A stretch of 64,000 bases of DNA from Bugula neritina (taxonomy: Eukaryota > Animalia > Bryozoa): the NCBI GenBank assembly GCA_964035545.1, contig OZ037767.1, positions 30,148,628-30,212,627 of the forward strand, in the 5' to 3' direction. Made by a program: the position numbers and the translations under genes. Below, piece by piece: positions 1 through 39,000 of the stretch (the stretch's first letter is position 1; every line of letters starts with the position of its first letter). A model generated the notes under the pieces. It did no database searches. It saw nothing but the letters and a program-made list of their open reading frames with translations, and was not told the DNA's origin.

Positions 1-101
1 ATGAATAGACTCACATGTTCTTGTTTATCGGCCACAGAGTATATGTAGGGGTAATACACTGTATAAAGAACTGTACTCATACATTACTGTCGTATCTTCA
101 G

Positions 102-1136
102 ATCTAGACGAAGAAGAACAAATCTCGGAGACCAGACGAATATTAGACGAAGAGCTGCCGCGAGACAACTACGCCGTGTTAAAGAAGATCATCTCTTTCT
201 TGGTGCAGGTAATGGCTTCTGTACCGGATGCTCTTTTAGAGCAACTAGTTCTGTCTTTTACAAGTAGCCAGACAGGTGCTTGCGGTAGAGGTGTTGAGAC
301 AGGTGCTTGCGGTAGAGGTGTTGAGACAGGTGCTTGTGGTAGAGGTGTTGAGACAGGTGCTTGTGGTAGAGGTGTTGAGACAGGTGCTTGTGGTAGAGGT
401 GTTGAGACAGGTGCTTGTGGTAGAGGTGTTGAGACAGGTGCTTGTGGTAGAGGTGTTGAGACAGGTGCTTGTGGTAGAGGTGTTGAGACAGGTGCTTGTG
501 GTAGAGGTGTTGAGACAGGTGCTTGTGGTAGAGGTGTTGAGACAGGTGCTTGTGGTAGAGGTGTTGAGACAGGTGCTTGTGGTAGAGGTGTTGAGACAGG
601 TGCTTGTAGTAGAGGTGTTGAGACAGGTGCTTGTGGTAGAGGTGTTGAGACAGGTGCTTGTGGTAGAGGGCGGTGTTGAGACAGGTGCTTGTGGTAGAGG
701 TGTTGAGACAGGTGCTTGTGGTAGAGGTGTTGAGACAGGTGCTTGTGGTAGAGGTGTTGAGACAGGTGCTTGTGGTAGGTAGAGGTGTTGAGACAGGTGC
801 TTGTGGTAGAGGTGTTGAGACAGGTGCTTGTGGTAGAGGTGTTGAGACAGGTGCTTGTGATAGAGGGTGATGTTGAGACAGGGGCTTGTGGTAGAAGGGA
901 GATATATTTTTAGTAGATTTTCTTCTAGTCGGTGTGATTTAGCAAATAATTTTGTACTTTGCTTGTAGGTGACCACCAAAAGTGATGTGAACAGAATGAC
1001 AGTTAAAAATTTAGCCATAGTGTTTGGACCCAACATTGCCTGGGGTCAGGGCCAATTATCACTCACTGCAGTGAGCCAAGTAAATTACTTTACAGAGTTG
1101 CTTCTTACTCACTACGACAAACTATTTGTAACATAA
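102..1136 (+). CDS. RhoGAP, ARHGAP1/ARHGAP8 (p50RhoGAP) family; last two coding exons (102-208, 969-1136), gene begins upstream of window
   Basis: Spliced translation LDEEEQISETRRILDEELPRDNYAVLKKIISFLVQ|VTTKSDVNRMTVKNLAIVFGPNIAWGQGQLSLTAVSQVNYFTELLLTHYDKLFVT*. Contains the RhoGAP C-terminal N-x-M-x-x-x-N-L-A-I-V-F-G-P-N motif. Canonical ag/gt boundaries; TAA at 1134-1136. Confidence 0.85.
270..895. repeat. 27-bp minisatellite (GAGACAGGTGCTTGTGGTAGAGGTGTT), ~23 copies, in the last RhoGAP intron
   Basis: Near-identical tandem units visible directly; explains the ETGACGRGV / VEVLRQVLV repeat ORFs. Confidence 0.97.
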
Positions 1137-2228
1137 TGATATTTTTGGACCAAATCTTTAAAAAATACCAAGGAACAGTGAAGACCAATATCCTGTCTTA
1201 TATAGATTTGATGTTAGTTTTTTCACGGACTGTTCTGAACAGAAAAGCATAGGTTTGGCTGTTGATATGGAGATTACTCAAGCGTAGCGATAATCATAGA
1301 AGCTGATTGGCTCCAGACTGATTACACTTTTCAGTTATTTAACAATGCATTGTGGGTGATTTAAATTAAAATTTTGCACAATAGGTAATATATTTATTTT
1401 GGCGAGTCATTTTCCTTGCTATAAGTATTTGCATGATTCAGTTCTGACATTTCTAACCAATAGTTTTTGTAGAACATGTTAGGCGTGAAAGTTTTGTGTG
1501 TAAAGATTGAACTAATTTTATTCTTATAGGTTTTTTCAAACTATATTTCAAAATACTATGTATATGTCTGATATCACCTTCGTCTAGAAATGGTCCAGCT
1601 CAACTTAACTACTCAATTTGTATTATCTCACAAAAATATAGCATTGCTAATTCTCGTATAATACTAGCTGTTTATTACTTAATATTTGAAAAATTAGTAA
1701 TCAATGTGTTATATAATATATTATAAGAATCATAATAGGCATAATTTGTACTACTGTTGGGGATATTTAGTAAAATAGCAAAAATTCAAAGACAGTATAA
1801 GTAAATCTAAGTGTATATAAAGTGTGCTTAGTCTCATTCAGTCTCGGTCAGTTTGATTATGAAAAGATGAAACAATACAAGTAACATACTTTGGCTCGTA
1901 AAGTGACTAGAGCCCCAGTAATAAATACTTCAGAGGCCATACAAGTGATGAGCTCTAAACACAAATATGTTGATTTTATCTCTATAAATAGATAAAAATC
2001 TTTTATCCAAATGCTTATTATATTCTTTGGTTTCAAAAATGTGTTAATTAAATATAAAAAATATATACTGTCAATATAATCATAGTAAACTAGTAAAAAT
2101 CTTATTAACATGAAGGTAGTCACTAAAAGTGAGCTTGGTAATAACAGCACCCAAGACTGTACATCTGCACAGTAGCAGTGCGTAAGTCTGCAGCACTGAT
2201 TATATGTCAATGCTATGCGCTGAATAAC

Positions 2229-29087
<26,859 letters not shown>

Positions 29088-31492
29088 TTTATTTGAAGTT
29101 TTAACTAGCCATAAGTTTCTATTCCATCTTCAATGGCTACAAATTGGGAAAAACAAATATTTACAACTTTTAGAACCTTAAAGGATGGTGACTTTTTGGT
29201 GAAATGATAGAAATGCGCATGTTAAAAATTATTGACCTGTGATGGAGATAGCGTTTTTATTGCATTGTTTATTATTACATAAAAATAAGACTCAACAAGA
29301 TCAGTGAAAAATACACCATTTTTTCATACAATATAATTTTAGTTATCATAGTCATCATATTTATTATCAGTATGATCATCACTATTATTATTACATTTAC
29401 TACTATTATCACTGCGACTAGTACTACTAGTACTACTACTTGACCTAGTAGTAGTACTAGTGCTACTATCACTGGTGCCACTACTACTAGTACTATGAAT
29501 GTGAAAATGTGACTTTCTTCTGTATTGACTATGTCTATTGTATATGTTGGGTTACAATATATAAATTTGAAATCCTTCAAAGTAAAAGCTATATTTAATC
29601 ATAATGATTATGATAACCTCCACCATATCATTAATTGGTATAAATATAATCATAATGACCATAATGATGATGAGCATTGTCATTATGATTATTATCATAA
29701 TGATAATCATAACGCATCATCTTAAACTATATTTCCAAGACACTCACTTTCGCAGTGAGACTGAAAGACTATGTACAAACTCCAAGTTGAAGTTTTTATT
29801 GTTTTTATTTTTATTTCCATCATTTTGACGCTGAACAAACTGCAAGTAAAAGTTAGACTTAAACTTAAAGTGCAACTATTACTAAAACTAAATTAGTAAA
29901 TCAGTAAATCACTACGACACTAGCAAAACTAAATCAAAATGTCAATCAATGTGTAACTGTATTTTGTAAATACTTATACTTATACTTAATACTTATAGTT
30001 ATAGTTATACAGAATAGTGTGTTAATTATTTGTTCTAAATCAATGTGGCTTCAAAAATTGCCATCAACTAAAGTGTCAGTGAATAACCATATGGCAAAAT
30101 ACCAGTGTAGACATTAATCATAGTGATGGTTAATCATAAAATTGTAATACTAATACTACTAAGGGCGAAGTCCTATGGCTACTGGTGAGCGGCTTTAGGT
30201 AAAATCAACGGGAAATGATGTGAATAGAGCTCCCCTTGCATTCGCTTTAATGAGTCCGTGCCTTACATTGCTAGAAAAAATACTTATGGAAAACTATGAG
30301 TTAAAATGTTGTCAAGCAAATATAATGTAAAAGCCAAGGCTAGACCTTATTACGCCGACGCCAGTTGGTGCATTTCTGTGGGGGTTTCTCCCCAAAAAAG
30401 CGAATCGTGTGCATAAAACCCACTGCTCTGCTGTCTCGTGGCTCACCTTAATATAAATAATATTTTGCTATCTGTTCAGTTAACAACGGTGTAAAGAATC
30501 TAAGAATTGAAATTAGTTTAATTACTATTTTGAATCCACGTAAGTTTAACAATAATTTATGACAAATATTAAATTTAATATGGCACTGAAAGTGAATTAG
30601 AATAACAGTTACACTTACAGTATGAGTATAACTCATAACTGTAAAAGTATAAGAATTAGAATAACATTAGCAATAACTGAAAGTAAATAAGAATTAGCCA
30701 ATTGCTATTGCTATTAGTATTACTATTAGAATAACATTAACTTTAATTTTAGTTTTGCTTTTAGAATTATTGAATAACTATAGTCTATAGGTATAAGATA
30801 AAGGTTAGGAATAACTTTAACTTTCAAGGACAAGTGTAACTATAATAATTAGGATTAAGTCTAGCAATAACTTTAACCCGCTACCCGAACAGGACAAAGC
30901 GGACATTAGTGAGAATAACAATAACTTCAAGTTTATGTAATTTTATTAACATCAAAATGAGAGCGACTTCAAGTTTAAAAATTGAAATAGAGATTAATTA
31001 ACAGATGAACTTAATGTATGTTTATATTTTAATTTTTTGATTTAGAAATAATATTTACTTTTACTTTTAAATTTTAATTTTACTTATAGCTTTTATTTTA
31101 ATTATAGTAAGATTAGGTATAGCGATAATGTTTATACATTTTAATATTTAATAATATTTATAGTTATAAGTAGCAAATATAATTACAGCTGAAATAATAT
31201 AAAATCAAATATACTCACTAACACTTAGAGTTAGTGACTTACTCATACATTCTGATACATATTGATACTGACACTAATACTCGTACTGCTATTTGATTTA
31301 TATTTTAGATTAGTATTGTTGACAATTAATATTATGAAATTGAATTAAATATTATAATTTATAACAATCAAGATAATGTTGTTTACCACTCGATTAGTAT
31401 TAATATGGGTTGGTCTATTAGGCTTAGCTTAATGGAAGTACTAGTTGCAAAGTTTTTTTCTGAAGTTTTAGAGCCATTTTTGAAATCACATC

Positions 31493-32527
31493 ATGGTCGT
31501 GGAAGAAAAAATTGAAGAAAACCGCAGTAGTGTTGGAGACGGAATAAAAAATAGAAATAATTATTCACATACTGGAGAAGAAGATGATTTACTAAATGGC
31601 GATTCACCTAAACTCAAATCACAAAACGTATCTTTGTTTCGGGAATATGTGATAGCTCTGAGACCTTGGAGCTTTTCTGCAAGCTTGACTCCAGTACTCT
31701 TGGGTGCCACACTGAGCTACAAAGTGACTGGCTATGTTAACCTTCTTGTACTCTTTGCTGTTTGCATCACTACTTTATCTGTCCATGCAGCTGGCAATCT
31801 TGTGAACACTTACTATGACTTTAAAGGAGGAGTTGATAACAAAAAAAGTGATGACAAAACGCTAGTGGAAGGTGTTATGAGCCCAAGCAATGTTGCTGCA
31901 CTTGGGGGGTTTTGTTACGCTGTGGGATGTGCAGGACTTTTAATATTGTGCTTCGTGTCACCAGCTAAAGTTGAACATCTCGCCTTAGTCTACTTCTGTG
32001 GGTTGAGTGGAAGCTTCATGTACACTGGAGGTTTAGGGCTTAAATATATTGCTCTTGGGGACATTGTCATATTTCTTACTTTTGGACCTCTGTCTGTTAT
32101 ATTTGCATATTTAGCAATAACTGGAGATTTTGCATTAGTCTCACTGCCTTATTCCATTCCTTTAGCACTCAACATAGAATGCATTTTGCATGCTAACAAC
32201 TGTAGAGATAGAGAAACTGATCAAAGAGCTGGAATTGTAACACTAGCAATCATTCTTGGTCCTACCTTATCATATTTGGTATTTTGTATTCTGCTATTTT
32301 CACCATATATTGCTTTTGCATATGTTGCTATGAACTACTCATCTACATTTATTTTACCAACAGTGACAATAATATTAGCTTTTTCAATTGAACGTGATTT
32401 TAGATCTGGCAATCTGTTAAAGATACCCTTCAAAGTAGCCAAACTAAATCTAATTTTGGGAATTTCCTTTGTTGTTGCGCTGTTTCTATCTCATAAAAAC
32501 AATTTGCCTTTTATAAATTGGTTTTAG
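31493..32527 (+). CDS. UBIAD1: UbiA prenyltransferase domain-containing protein 1 (menaquinone-4 synthase / heix ortholog), 344 aa, intronless CDS
   Basis: ALRPWSFSASLTPV, HAAGNLVNTYYDF (motif I), SDDKTLV, YTGGLGLKYIALGD, LHANNCRDRETD..AGIVTLA (motif II); multiple hydrophobic TM segments. Confidence 0.97.
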   Translation: MVVEEKIEENRSSVGDGIKNRNNYSHTGEEDDLLNGDSPKLKSQNVSLFREYVIALRPWSFSASLTPVLLGATLSYKVTGYVNLLVLFAVCITTLSVHAAGNLVNTYYDFKGGVDNKKSDDKTLVEGVMSPSNVAALGGFCYAVGCAGLLILCFVSPAKVEHLALVYFCGLSGSFMYTGGLGLKYIALGDIVIFLTFGPLSVIFAYLAITGDFALVSLPYSIPLALNIECILHANNCRDRETDQRAGIVTLAIILGPTLSYLVFCILLFSPYIAFAYVAMNYSSTFILPTVTIILAFSIERDFRSGNLLKIPFKVAKLNLILGISFVVALFLSHKNNLPFINWF

Positions 32528-33061
32528 CTGAACATGCCAAATATTTTTGTATAAATATACAAATGCAGTTTGGCATTTTTTCTAACCAATACTTTTTAAA
32601 AGTTTCTCTGTTGCGTTTTGTTTTTGTATCCCAAAACAAGCATTATGATTGATCACAAAGCTTTATTTTTAGTAGTGGTAAATGTACCAAATTGTTTTGA
32701 ACAATTTTTTTTTATTTTTCTGTATACAATAATAACTGGATGGAAAATTTGTATCATCTTCTATAACAATGAAAAATTATAGCTTAATATACAGATCAGT
32801 ATTTGGAACAAAAAATTTAAACATATACACAGATATTTAAATACTGAACATATAATTTAGATTCATTATATGTTATCAAGACTTTTAATACCAATATTAT
32901 AATTTTAAAACGAGCTAAAATGAAAAACTTGTAATAATGTAGTAAAGTTTTATAGGAAAATATGTCTACTTCAAATTCTGGTACTTTAGTAATTTCTCAA
33001 AACTAAACTTCAATGCTAGCATTATTTGAGGCATACACCAGTACTTGTATGAGAATCTACT

Positions 33062-36000
33062 TTAAACTGGTGTAAAACTTGCTTCATCTACCATAGCCCT
33101 CATTGCATAGTCTATTATGTTGCCCATAGCAGTCATCACCTCCGTTACATGAATAGCCAAGGCCTCCATGATCTCATCAGATTTTACAGGGGCGTATATC
33201 AATTCTTCTAACCCAGGGAACAATAAGACCTCATCGTCATTGGATGAGATTGACCCAATTAATAAGTTCCTGTATAAAATTGAACAAAGCAATGAAAATT
33301 AACACTCATCATAATTGTTATCTCTGAAAACAAGATTTTTTTTAAAGATTTTGGAACAAATGTATCACTAATTTACATGAGAGAAAACATCGTAGCTGCT
33401 TAACAATACCAGTACAAATGTTACCTGTTGTTAATATTTCGAATTACTTTTGTTTTATCTCTTGGATCCAACATGGGTACTCCATGGCTTAAAATAGACG
33501 ACCTTGACATTCCCATTAGTGCATCATTGATCCTTCTCAAACCAATGTCACTGGAACAACAATTTATAACTGCTTGGATCACGAGAAAAAAATAATTTCT
33601 ATCATAAAAGCTGATGCCACTCATAAGTTAAAAAGCTTTATCTAAATTCTAGTAATTAAATTGGTATTGTTGCTTTGACCAAATGTAATCATGCAAATAG
33701 TAAATATGCTATATGTATTAATAAAGTGTTTTTGCTTACACTAAATTACATATGTGTTGACAAATGTAATTACAACACAGTTTTTAGGAATGTTGGCAAT
33801 TGAATATCTACTCAGACTTTCAATTTTGTGATTTTTATGTATTTTAAAAGACAGTTTTGATACGATCAGTAAGCTAATTATTCCGTAGTACAAAATATAT
33901 GGTCTAATAGGCATACCTAATTTCAGTAGAAGCTGTACTGTTTAATCTGATTTCTAGATGTGTAGACGCAGCACTCAGTTTAACAAGTGTTGTTAGCAAA
34001 TCAGTTAATTCTAAGCCCACTAGATGTTCCAAGTTTACACTCAACATATGTATACCTCTCATGAATAAATCTAAAATAAGCAGCATTTAATTAGAATCTG
34101 TCACCAATAGCATCTTTGCCCACTCTATTTATAGATTAGGTAATATTTCTAGCACACGATAGCAATGCATAAACATCAGTATTTACATAAATTAGATTCT
34201 ATGTTGTCTATTTCCAAATATGAGTTTAGAAAGTGCCTATATGTCCAGTATATATGTTTTAAATACACCTCAATGCATGATCAGCTAAATAAGACATTTC
34301 CAATAACTGAACGATTGCACGTATCCAAATTGCAATGTTTCTGTATGGTGTAATCAGGATCCAAGTGAAGTTTTCATGAATCTAATTGTGAAGATATAAA
34401 TTTGCTAAACATGACCTGTCATAATGATTGCAGCATGCACCAAGCTTTCAAGCTGAAATATTGATCTCAAAAATAAACTTGGGGTCAGAATTGTTGAATT
34501 AGTAAATAGGGAAAAGTAGCCAACAGAATAACATGAAATATTCTCAATATTTACTGCTATAGAGCAAGCCACAAGAGTATTATTTCAGTATCAAGCAGTT
34601 TGTTCTTTTTACCAGCATTATCATTTACTAAAAATAAAAGACAATGCTCACATCTTGTTTCATTTATGCTATAAGGGAGAAGTGGGTCGCCAGCCAGTCT
34701 CATAATAGTCTGTAAATGAACCTTAGCAGCCAACCTGATTCTCTCTTCATCTGTGTTAGCCACAGAATCATCGCAGCAAAGGGGTAGTGAGTCTAGCCCG
34801 CTGATATTAGCCTGAAATTGATATAAGCACAGCTAATATAACAAACTCAGGGTGAAAGAAGTCACAGTTTAATTATCACTTGGCTAATGTTTACAGTACA
34901 TATACACAGCTGTAGCCTATTGGCAGCCTTCAGGAGGTCAACCACCTCCATTTATCTCACCTTTGCAATACTAACAAGCAGTTTTGTTATACTAACAAGC
35001 CTTAATGTCTCTATTTTATGTTGTCTATCCAGCTCATGCTAGACTTAACAAAACCCAAACATTTTATTAAGATGAATTTCTCATCATTTCCTTAGAGGCA
35101 AGCACTAATCTAACAAACTTGAAAAGTTTGAAAAATGAAGTTTTTTAAGAGTTTAGGCATGTTATCAAAGACAAATGTATAAAAAATTCGAACATTTAAA
35201 CTCTTTGTAAACTTGTGTATTATTAATATTTTGGTCATGCACATTAATACTGTAATAAGCTATTGTATATGCATTAAAGTGCACTTATATTGAAACACAT
35301 ATTGCAGTAAGTGACGCTTAAACTGGCTTAACAATTTAGTTTAAGTTGAAACTCAATTTATAAATAATTACCAGCATCTTTTTGCTACCACCAGGTGCCA
35401 ACTTGTCTCACAAACATGTCAGAGTAATTACAGAGTATCTGATAAATTTAGTAGAAATTTCATTTTCTTACCAAATTAATCTACATTAGGATTTATTAAA
35501 ATAAAATGTGAGGAATTTAGGTTAATCAATACTTTCAAAGTACTCAAGTTGTTTTAGTACGACAGAAGCAAAATTTCTTTCAATGAACATCTGTTTCAAT
35601 AAGTAGTTACAAAATGGTTTACTTCTGATGAGTAGTAAATGCTTTTGCTGAAAGCTTTGCAAATTTTCTCAACAATTTTACATTATAATAACTTACTTCC
35701 TGTTTATCTGTGAAACTCATTTCTATAACTGGTACAGCGAGGTTGGCCATGTATCTCCGATAATAGTTTGAGCCGTTTATCCCATGATGTCTAGAGCAAG
35801 ACACAAACTGAACCAGAATATTATATACAATGAGATGTCTATAGGAAAACTAATAACTAGTTCCATCATCAAGTTTTAAACTAAAACTTGCAAAATAAAC
35901 ATAAATATTGTAAGATGCAAAGTGGTCTGATGCGTTTATGAGAAATACACATGATTTTAGATTCCGTAGATGAAAGGTGCTTGAAGGTTGTCATGCGTGT

Positions 36001-39000
36001 CAGGTGCTAGTTCAAGTTGCATTTGGCAAGTGCTAGCAATCTACTGTAGATGTCAGATGCTAGTAAATTGTTGTTGTAGATGGCAGGTGCTAGCAAGTTG
36101 ATATTATAATGTAGATGGCAGGTGCTAGCAAGTTATTGTCAGCTCATTTTGCCAATGCTATGTTATTCCCAAGTCTAGTACTATTTCTATGCAGAATATA
36201 AATTGTTTATCATACCTTGTTACAGAAGCTGTAGCAACTAGCGAAAACAATAACACTGAGAGAAAACTGTGTTTCATTTGACTTCAATATGAGCAAATAA
36301 CTAAGGCAGTGCTTATTCTTAGATTAAGAGAGCTGAGTACTTAAAAGCCAGCAATTAAAAGCTTAATTATAGAAGTTGTCTCTCCCCTTCAGTTGTACAC
36401 TGTGATTTAACAGGCTATGTAAAATAGCCTGAGAAAAAAAGCAAATATATTATACAGCTTTTTAAAATTTTAGAACATTTTTTAAAAATACTTCTCCAGG
36501 CTTCTATTTTGGTATCATAACACATGCAACATTATTCTGACAAACTTTTAGCAAATAAATGAAACATCTCTGACTGAATTATTGCAGCTAACAAGCAATA
36601 AAGGAGGGCAAGGAACATCTCTAGAAACATATTACATTCTTCTGGTAAATTATTATACAATGACAAAGTTCTATTAAAAGTTGTTATTTTTGCACCCACT
36701 ATAGTTGGTAGTCCAAATGTGAATTTATACTTACACAGATTCGATTTCAGTCAAATTGGAGGTTATTTCTTTCATGAAGTTTTGTACTGGCTTTGATGCT
36801 TTGACACTTAGGTAGGATCCTATAAAAAGTGTTTTATTTTCAATTATATTAATTAACGAAGTTTCCCTATCTATAATAGAAATAATTATTATAAAAGTGA
36901 TAGAGAGTTGCCCTATCTTTATACTACACAAAGTCTCATAACTCCCTCAGTGTTAAAAGATGCCAACTGCACAAATACTCTATGCCTTGTGACAAGGTGC
37001 CAGTCAGTGCTACATAAACACACACCTTGTGACACTGCTAGTCAGTGCTACATAAACACACACCTTGTGACAAGGTGCCAGCCAGTGCTACATAAACACA
37101 CACCTTGTGACACTGCTAGTCAGTGCTACATAAACACACACCTTGTGACAAGGTGCCAGTCAGTGATACATAAACACACACCTTGTGACAAGGTGCCAGT
37201 CAGTGCTACAAAAACACATACCTTGTGACAAGGTGCCAGTCAGTGCTACGTAAGCGACGACCCTTTCTCCATATTCTCTCAGATTCTCCTCTATAAACTC
37301 CTGGCTCGCTATGTCTACGTGCGACGCATCTGTTGTCACAAACACAATGCTCCGCCTTGGCGTATAAATATCTAAAATATACAACAGAGAATTTGACTCA
37401 GTTTACATTCTATCATCTTATAGTACTACAATGCTCTAAAGTAGCGGCAGTGGAGTCTACACACTCACCAACATATTATATGAACTCATGCTATAATATA
37501 ATATAATATATGTCCTGCTTCACTATAGTGTCCATGAAATGTTTAGCGTGCTATTTATTTCCCCTTACCGCCCCTAAAGGCCTTATGCCGCCGAGCACAT
37601 TTTTATCATTAGCAAGCCTAAAATTTCATAAATTGACATAATATAAAAATAATTACATAGGGTTATATAATTTTTGAAATGTCGTCTCAAATGTGTTTTA
37701 TGAATGTAATGTGCGAGGCTGAATGATGGTGAAATAATACTTTTAAACATTTCAGAGGTTCTTGATGTTGTTCTATGGAGTAGCAGATGGCTTTCTGATA
37801 CCAAAAATTGCAGAAGAATTTTTCGCTCACCCTGATGACTCGTCAATAGCCTCATGATCTCTCTCATAACAGCCTGTCCAGATGTGGGGTCCACTATGCC
37901 ACTGCCAACCTCGTCATGTCTGGTGCCAACTAGCACCATTTTGTCTGGGTCTAAGTCACCTCGGTAAGCACACACAGTGCGGAAGGTGTTCTCGTGTGGA
38001 AAGTCGTTGTTCACTTCAATAGTTACAGTCGTGTCTGTAGAGACATTTCTGCTTAGTGGCTCCTGAAAGAAATGGACCTATTTTATGCAACAAGTACCAG
38101 ATCATGTGACATATAAAAAGCAAGTTTATGACTTGGCACACTTCATTCTGGCAGCTGAATGTAAATTCTAAGTGTTGCATACAAATACCAAATGTGCCTT
38201 AAAATTATTGAATGCATGAAATGTTTATTTTTATAAAATACTTAGAAATATAGCTTAAGAAATTGTTAAAATTTCCTGCTGTAGTAACATTTGAAACGTC
38301 AGTGAACAGAAAGCAGTGGTGAAATAAACACAAAAATATTTTTAAGCAATTACTGAAATAGTCTAGCTTACGAGTATGTGAGGATAAAAATATGAGTTAC
38401 CAAAACGGTATAATATAATTCTGAATTCAAGAAACACGTACAGGAAACAGTTCTCCAGTAGTAGAGTTCTCTATAGAGCTGTCTATCAGTGAAGAGAGAG
38501 CCGGCTTAACCATCTTCTGCGATGCAGTTATAACAGGAATCTCAGGTGGTAAATGGTGGCCAATGGTATCATTAAAATTTATCCGATAAGAATTTTCTAG
38601 AAGATGAAATATAATATTAGATAATAATATGATGTTGTAATAAAAGTTTTCAACGTTTTACATGATGATAATAAACACTAGTATACTATTAAAATAGTAA
38701 TAAAATAACAGCTGCCACTTGTTTCAGATGAAATACAACAATATACATAAAATAAAAATTACACTAATGAAGTATTACAACAAGCACTGGCACTATTTAT
38801 GAGCTTTCTAATGGAAAAGAAATCTGGTGTGTGCACACACAATATATCATATAATATAATATAATACAATATAATATACACAAATCAAAATATTTGAGTT
38901 TGTACACTAATTTACAAAATACTATCCATTTATAGAATTAGAGTCGTTTAGAAACCTTTGACTATTTGAGTTTCAATGAGTTAATATAATGTTCATCGCA

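Noticed and set aside
270-895. Repeat arrays as CRISPR
   Set aside because: Head-to-tail repeats with no unique spacers, no cas genes, eukaryotic context; the same applies to all arrays in the window.
176-1036. Long ORFs with GACGRGVET / STTSTCLNT / VEVLRQVLV repeats
   Set aside because: Translations of the 27-bp intronic minisatellite; the flanking RhoGAP exons splice across it.
29275-29828. Hydrophobic Ile/Val-rich ORFs upstream of mTOR
   Set aside because: Low-complexity TAC/ATC/ATT tracts, no family motif.
30160-30450. RNase P/MRP or telomerase RNA
   Set aside because: No convincing conserved CR-I/CR-V motifs or telomeric template; kept only as an unexplained island.
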